Assembly (NCBI GenBank): GCA_037190965.1
Contig: JBBCKI010000010.1
Coordinates: 62,229-126,228, forward strand
Reading direction: 5' to 3'
Source of the DNA: Chthoniobacteraceae bacterium
Lineage (GTDB): Bacteria > Verrucomicrobiota > Verrucomicrobiia > Chthoniobacterales > Chthoniobacteraceae
DNA length: 64,000 bases
Made by a program: the position numbers and the translations under genes. Shown here piece after piece: positions 58,618 through 64,000 of this stretch. The notes beneath the pieces are model-generated. The model was given only the letters and a program-made list of their open reading frames with translations. It made no database searches and was not told the origin of the DNA. Every line of letters begins with the position of its first letter. Position 1 is the first letter of the stretch.

Positions 58618-61600
58618 TCAACTGAGCCCTGGGGGCTGAAAAAGCCAAAATCTCCTCGTGCGTTGGCGGAGGAAAAAGGACGCCGCAAGGAAGGCGCCGA
58701 TGCCGAGGGCGTAGACCGGAGGTTCTGGGATGACGCTTACAATGCCCGTGGAAGCCAACTCGCTGACGTCCCAATAAAGGCCGTTGCCGAGATTGGTCGT
58801 CAGGGTGAAGTCGCCCAAATCGAATCCTGGAGTCGCTCCGTTGAAGAGGGTGAAGGTATCACCGTAAGCAGCCGTGTAGCCATCGAGAATCAGGAGACTG
58901 AGCGTCCCACCAGCCGTGAAGACGCCCCGTACGTCGATCTGATCGTAGAGACTTACATCCGTGCCGCCAAGTTCCATGCGTAGAAACGAGCCGGCGCTCA
59001 GGGTGAGATCGCCCAGAATGGTGAGTTGGCCAGGGCTGTTGCCGGGTGAAAGCGTGCCACCATCCTGGATGGTCACGGAGCCGCCGATGGTGCCGCTGCC
59101 ACCGAGCGTCGCGCCGCTTTCGACGATGGTATCGCTGGCGATGGAGCCATTGACGAGCAACACGCCCCCGCTCACCGTGGTGTCGCCGGTATAGGTGTTG
59201 TCCGCGTCCAGGATGGTGGTTCCGGAGTGATGCTCCACGGCGAGGGCGCCGGTGAGCTTGGGGCTGAAGGTGAGCTGGCTGGTGTGATTGAAGTTGACGA
59301 TCTTCGATCCCGATCCCGACCCGCCATCCACGCGCGCGGCGTTTAGCGTGCCAGCGGCGACGGCGGTGGAGCCCGCTTCCGCGCCGATATTCAGGGTGCC
59401 CGAGGCGGTGCCATATCTGCCGATGAACATGGTGCCGGAAGTGAGGCCCACATTCACCACGCCGCCGTCGGCAATGGTCAGGACGCCGTGGCCGTTTTCC
59501 CCGAGGTCGAAACGGTCGGCCGAAGTCCAGGTAGAGCCCGCCCCGGTGACGCTCGCCGTGCCGCTGGCATTCGCCAAGCCGCCGACAATGGCTTCAAAGT
59601 TGGTGACCTTGGCACCCTTGGAAATGGTAAGCGAGCCGACGCCATCATAGCCGACGACGACGCCTTGGCTATTGTTCCATTCCGAGCCCGTCCCGGTGAC
59701 GACGACGATGCCGGAGCCGCCTGGACGGCCGAGGAGGGCGAAGGTGTTGGATATCGTGGCTCCATCCTCAATGGTGAGGAAACCGTTGCCATAGCTCCCT
59801 ACGAAGAGATCTGAGGAAAGCTTCCAGAACGAGCCACTGCCGCTAACGATGACTGCGGCGGTGGTGGCCGCACCGCCATTGCCGATGCCGCTGGTGGCGG
59901 TGTTGGAGACGCTACCGCCGTCGCTGATTTTGAGCGTGCCTTTGTTAGCAGTCAGCGCGCCGGAGAAATTGCTGGAGCCGGTAAGCGCAGTGGTGCCACT
60001 GCCAAGCTGGACGAACGAGCCATTGCCCGAAATCGCGCCACTGAAGGTATAGGTGTCGCTGCGATTGACGCTCAGGGTCCCGTTATTGAGCACGTCGCCT
60101 GCGATGGAGCCGACGGCGCCGCCATTGCCGATCTGGAGTGCGCCGCTCTCGATGCGGGTGGCAACGGTCTGGCTGACGGTTCCCGTGAGAATGCTCGTGC
60201 CCGTTCCGCCGCGGTTGAAGGTGCCTGAACCGGTGATATTCGCCGCGAATTCCCCAGTGCTGTTGGAAAGATGGAAGGTGGCGGAGGAGAGATTCACCGA
60301 CGAGGAGGCCAGCGAACCGCTTTCAAGCTTGAAGAATCCCCCTTGCACATCGGTCGAGCCGGTGTAGGTCTGCTGGCCAACCAGCGTGAGATAGCCTGTG
60401 CCTATTTTCGACAAGCCGCCGGTGCCCGAGATCGTGTTCAAGACGTTGAGATAGGTTTCGTTGGCAAGGTTGAAAGTGCCGTTCGCAACCAGGTCCATCC
60501 GCCGCATGAGGTCCATGTTGCCGGTCGTTCGGAGCGTGCCGCCCTCCATCGTGAGTGTTCCGGAAACATTGCCGAGATTCACATCCCGCTCGATACTCAC
60601 CGTGCCACTCGAAATGGTGGTGCCGCCGCTATAGGTACTGGAGCCGGTGAGCGTCAGCAGTCCTGCACCGTTTTGGCGTAGTGAGCCGGTGCCGCTGATC
60701 GTCTGCGCGACGCTCACGGCGTCGCTGCGGTTAAACGTCAGGTTGCCGCCATTGATTACCGAGCCGGTGCCGAGCGAACCCACCGTGCCGCCGTTACCGA
60801 TGATCAGGGTGCCCTCCTCGATGGTCGTCGTGCCGGAATAGGTATTCGAGCCGGTGAGGATCAGCGCGCCGCCGCCCAACTTTGCCAGGCTGCCGGTGCC
60901 GCTGATCGTCTGCGCGACGCTCACGGCATCGCTGCGGTTGAACGTCAGGTTGCCGCCATTGACTACCGGACCGGCGCCGAGCGAACCCGTTGTGCCGCCG
61001 TTACCGATGATCAGGGTGCCCTCCTCGATGCTCGTCGTGCCGGAATAGGTATTCGAGCCCGTGAGCAAAAGCGTGCCACCGCCCAGCTTGCTTAGGCCAC
61101 CGGTGCCGCTGAGAGCAGTGGAAATGCCGATGTTGAACCCTTTGCTGTCGATAAACGCGCCGCCGGAGCTGATCGTCACATCACTGGAGGAGAAGCCGGC
61201 GAGAAAACTGCTTTGATTGGACGTGGCACGCAGGATGCCACCATCGAAGCTAAGCGTGCCGCTGCCTGAGCCTTTGGTAACCTGGCCGGTTTCCAGCACA
61301 CCGCGGCTGGACGCGGAACCCGAAAGGGTGAGCGCGCCAGCCGAGCCGCCAGAGAAACCAAGGCGGGTTGCTGCGGCGGTGACCAAGCCGCCTTTGATAT
61401 TCAACGTCCCCGTGCCACTGCTGCCAATGGTGAGATTGCCGGAATTTTGCCAAGTACCGCTGGTGATCGTGGCGGTGCCGCTTGCCCCGGTATTCAGCGC
61501 AACGTTGGCATTTCGATTGGTAACGAGGCCACCGTCGATATTCAATGTTCCCGTGCCACTGTTGCCAACGTAGAGGTCGCTGGAATTTCGCCACGTGCCG

Positions 61601-63069
61601 CTGGTGACTGTGACGGCGCCCCTGGAGTTGGCATTCCGTCCAACGTAGCTGGTTGTGTTCGAGATGAGGCCGCCATTGATATTCAATGTCCCCGTACCAT
61701 TGTTGCCAATGGTGAGATCGCCGGAATTCTGCCATGCGCCGCTAGTGATCGTGACAGTGCCGCTGGAGTTGGAACCCCGTCCAATGTAGCCGGTCGTGTT
61801 CGAGACAAGGCCGCCGTTGATATTCAACGTCCCCGTGCCACTGTTGCCAATGGTGAGATCGCCAGAATTTCGCCACGTGCCGCTAGTGATCGTGGCGGTG
61901 CCGTTCGACCCAGCTACCGATCCAACGTAACCGGTCATGCTGGTGACAAGACCGCCGTTGAGATTCAAGGTCCCTTTGCCATATTGGCCAATGGCGAGAT
62001 CGCCGGAATTTTGCCACGTGCCGCTGGTGATCGTGGCAGTTCCGCTGGAGTTAGCAGAACCTCCTCCAAGGTAGCCGGCCGCGTTCGAGATGAGGCCACC
62101 ATTGATGTTTAGCGTGCCTGCTCCAGTGTAGCCAATGGTGAGATCTCTGGAATTTTGCCACGTTCCACTGGTGATCGTGGCAGTTCCGCTGGCCCCGCCG
62201 CCCCATCCAATGAAGCTGAACTCAGCGGTGACGACGCCGCCCTCGAGGTTCAGTATTCCCGTGCCGATGTTGCCAATGAAGAGCGAGCTTGAATTTTGCC
62301 ACGTGCCACTGGTGACCGTGACGGTTCCGCTCGCCCCGGCATTCCTTCCAACATGGCCATCGGCGTTGACAAGGAGACCGCCATTGACGTTTAGCGTGCC
62401 AGTTCCGTTGTAGCCGACATTTAAAGAGCTTGAGTTTTGCCAGGTGCCGCTGGTGATCATGGCGGTACCGCTTGACCCGGCGTTCACTCCAATGTCGCTA
62501 CTCCAACTGGTGACGTAGCCGCCGGCGACGTTGAGCGTGCCTGTTCCGTCGAAGCCAATGTAGAGGTCGTTCGAATTCTGCCACGTCCCGCTGGTGATCG
62601 TAGCGGTGCCACTTGACCCGGTGTTCACTCCGAGGTAGCCGACATTGCTGGTGACGAGACCACCATTGATTTTCAGCATGCCTGTTCCGTAGAAACCGAT
62701 GTAGAGTTGGCTGGAATTTTGCCACGTTCCGCTGGTAATCGTGGCGGTTCCGCTTACCCCGGATCTATATCCAACGTAGCCGCTCTTGTTGGTGACGAGA
62801 CCGCCGTCGATGTTAAGGGAGCCTGCGCCTGAGTTGCCGATGGTGAGATCACCGGGGACGGACCAAGTCGGAGAAGAGGCCGGAGTGGGATTGACGTCTC
62901 CCGTGATCTGCACCGACTGGGCGTGCGCAGCGAATGAGACGAAGCAAACGCCCAGAAACACTGCAAGACGCCGACAGAGACTGAAACGGGTCGCGGCTGG
63001 CCCATGCCCTCTTCCTCCTGGGAATCGGGCATTACGTCTTGAGCCATCGATCTCTTCCACTTTACGCAT
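58618..63069 (-). CDS. Large T5SS/PEP-CTERM-associated repeat and autotransporter beta-strand repeat protein with PEP-CTERM-like tail
   Basis: Extended signal peptide (AHA|Q); 10 x ~47-aa GTATITSGTWQNS repeats; L.K.G.G.L.L.G.NTY.G.T repeats; SPGNSPG; IPEP + TM + basic residues. Confidence 0.9.
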   Translation of the reverse strand: MRKVEEIDGSRRNARFPGGRGHGPAATRFSLCRRLAVFLGVCFVSFAAHAQSVQITGDVNPTPASSPTWSVPGDLTIGNSGAGSLNIDGGLVTNKSGYVGYRSGVSGTATITSGTWQNSSQLYIGFYGTGMLKINGGLVTSNVGYLGVNTGSSGTATITSGTWQNSNDLYIGFDGTGTLNVAGGYVTSWSSDIGVNAGSSGTAMITSGTWQNSSSLNVGYNGTGTLNVNGGLLVNADGHVGRNAGASGTVTVTSGTWQNSSSLFIGNIGTGILNLEGGVVTAEFSFIGWGGGASGTATITSGTWQNSRDLTIGYTGAGTLNINGGLISNAAGYLGGGSANSSGTATITSGTWQNSGDLAIGQYGKGTLNLNGGLVTSMTGYVGSVAGSNGTATITSGTWRNSGDLTIGNSGTGTLNINGGLVSNTTGYIGRGSNSSGTVTITSGAWQNSGDLTIGNNGTGTLNINGGLISNTTSYVGRNANSRGAVTVTSGTWRNSSDLYVGNSGTGTLNIDGGLVTNRNANVALNTGASGTATITSGTWQNSGNLTIGSSGTGTLNIKGGLVTAAATRLGFSGGSAGALTLSGSASSRGVLETGQVTKGSGSGTLSFDGGILRATSNQSSFLAGFSSSDVTISSGGAFIDSKGFNIGISTALSGTGGLSKLGGGTLLLTGSNTYSGTTSIEEGTLIIGNGGTTGSLGAGPVVNGGNLTFNRSDAVSVAQTISGTGSLAKLGGGALILTGSNTYSGTTTIEEGTLIIGNGGTVGSLGTGSVINGGNLTFNRSDAVSVAQTISGTGSLRQNGAGLLTLTGSSTYSGGTTISSGTVSIERDVNLGNVSGTLTMEGGTLRTTGNMDLMRRMDLVANGTFNLANETYLNVLNTISGTGGLSKIGTGYLTLVGQQTYTGSTDVQGGFFKLESGSLASSSVNLSSATFHLSNSTGEFAANITGSGTFNRGGTGTSILTGTVSQTVATRIESGALQIGNGGAVGSIAGDVLNNGTLSVNRSDTYTFSGAISGNGSFVQLGSGTTALTGSSNFSGALTANKGTLKISDGGSVSNTATSGIGNGGAATTAAVIVSGSGSFWKLSSDLFVGSYGNGFLTIEDGATISNTFALLGRPGGSGIVVVTGTGSEWNNSQGVVVGYDGVGSLTISKGAKVTNFEAIVGGLANASGTASVTGAGSTWTSADRFDLGENGHGVLTIADGGVVNVGLTSGTMFIGRYGTASGTLNIGAEAGSTAVAAGTLNAARVDGGSGSGSKIVNFNHTSQLTFSPKLTGALAVEHHSGTTILDADNTYTGDTTVSGGVLLVNGSIASDTIVESGATLGGSGTIGGSVTIQDGGTLSPGNSPGQLTILGDLTLSAGSFLRMELGGTDVSLYDQIDVRGVFTAGGTLSLLILDGYTAAYGDTFTLFNGATPGFDLGDFTLTTNLGNGLYWDVSELASTGIVSVIPEPPVYALGIGAFLAASFFLRQRTRRFWLFQPPGLS

Positions 63070-63105
63070 GACCTCATTTTATAAGAGGAGCCTGAGAGAG
63101 TGCTA

Positions 63106-63123
63106 TACCCCTAAAAAGGGGTA
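63106..63123. promoter_or_regulatory. NarL/LuxR-like palindromic box
   Basis: TACCCCT-AAAA-AGGGGTA, 37 bp upstream of the 63069 start. Confidence 0.5.
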
Positions 63124-63162
63124 GTGGAGCAGGCCTTCGAAGCGGAGACCATTGCCTTGGGA

Positions 63163-63354
63163 CTAACGCCCGCCCGGTATCCGTGTGGTTTTCACTTGGA
63201 AAGCCGTCACCTCGGAGCCGGATGCCAGGGACCGCACGAGAGCAAGAGCGCGGAGCACGGCGGTGACACGGTTCGAAACGCCCATCTTGATGTAGATGGT
63301 GCGAATGTAGGCGCTCACGGTAAGCTCTTCCTCAAACTTTAGTGAAGATCCCAT
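63163..63354 (-). pseudogene. LuxR-type HTH C-terminal remnant
   Basis: TV.AYIR.IY.KMGVSNR.TAV resembles the GerE/LuxR recognition helix; the N-terminal part of the HTH is missing. Confidence 0.55.
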
Positions 63355-63405
63355 AGCCCCCCCGGTTGGACACGCAAAAATACCGAAGGTGGGCGTCGAG
63401 GTAAG

Positions 63406-63451
63406 AAACTGGAGACAAGGGGATTCGAAGCCCTGACCTGTTCATTGCGAA
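63406..63451 (-). mobile_element. att-like duplicate of the tRNA-Ala(CGC) 3' half
   Basis: Reverse complement matches 63737-63782 at 41/46 nt, starting at the anticodon loop TTCGCAA. Confidence 0.75.
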
Positions 63452-63705
63452 AGATCGGGGCGACCTCCAGAGCGGAAGCCCGGAGAGCTTGGATGCAACA
63501 GGCTCCGCGCAACTTTTGAGGGAATGCCGCGAGGGTGGGAGCCCCCCTGTTTTGCCCCCCTGCTGGTTTTTGAAGGGTGATCCGGAGCCAAAATTCCCGA
63601 CATCCCACGGTTTCTGCCAACTTTTCGCTTGATCTTCGCGACTTTCTCGCCGATTCTTCGCGCCCTCGTTGGATCCGGCATTCGCCGGGTAAAGCGGGAA
63701 GATGT

Positions 63706-63778
63706 GGGGATATAGCTCAGTTGGTAGAGCGCCTCGTTCGCAATGAGGAGGCCAGGGGTTCGAATCCCCTTATCTCCA
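63706..63778 (+). tRNA. tRNA-Ala (anticodon CGC)
   Basis: Cloverleaf: acceptor GGGGATA/TATCTCC with G3:U70, D-arm GCTC/GAGC, anticodon loop TT-CGC-AA, TTCGAAT T-loop; CCA not encoded. Confidence 0.96.
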
Positions 63779-64000
63779 GTTTTTCTCTTTGTCTTTAGGT
63801 TCAAGAATATAGGTCTCTCGCCTTCCAAGGACACTCTTGATCTCCGCTCGACGAGTTAAATTTTGGGTCTACACCAAAGTTTGGGGACTGAAGCGGGATT
63901 AAGTGGTTGATTTTGAGTTGGTTGAGTCCGTTTTGAATTTCAACCGCATTGAGCAATGACTCTGAGGCGGTAATTTTCGAAATTTTTGAAGCCGTAAGCG

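Noticed and set aside
63406..63480. Second functional tRNA on the minus strand
   Set aside because: No D-arm or 5' acceptor strand, and the T-stem has a C:C mismatch; only a 3' fragment.

Overview
GC-rich bacterial chromosomal window, most likely Verrucomicrobia (Chthoniobacter/Spartobacteria-like). This is inferred from five PEP-CTERM tails and a four-gene Verru_Chthon-type pilin cassette. The first ~41 kb is mostly housekeeping: a DUF58-BatABCDE-type vWA/TPR operon with a 24x15-bp coding VNTR, ppk2, msrB, aroB, hrpB, prfA, rpmE, a MocR regulator divergent from cysJ-DUF4202-cysI, a comA-like gene and an L,D-transpeptidase. Five copies of a ~143-bp GTAG-type REP doublet (REPIN-like) are interspersed in it. 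From 41.4 to 63.4 kb every gene is on the minus strand. This part holds the most interesting element, a locus bracketed by two close LacI paralogs. In transcription order it encodes an Asp-box sialidase-like protein, a GH123/DUF4091-like hydrolase, a PEP-CTERM protein, a minor-pilin quartet (D-B-C-A, i.e. gspHIJK-like order), an SSS transporter, a Kelch protein, an M81 metallo-amidase and an ornithine-cyclodeaminase-family enzyme. It looks like a pilin-based glycan/amino-sugar utilization locus without SusCD. To its right are a PEP-CTERM pseudogene, a 1483-aa repeat adhesin-like PEP-CTERM protein, a LuxR remnant, an inverted att-like copy of a tRNA 3' half and tRNA-Ala(CGC). All calls come from motif recognition by eye; no database searches were run.
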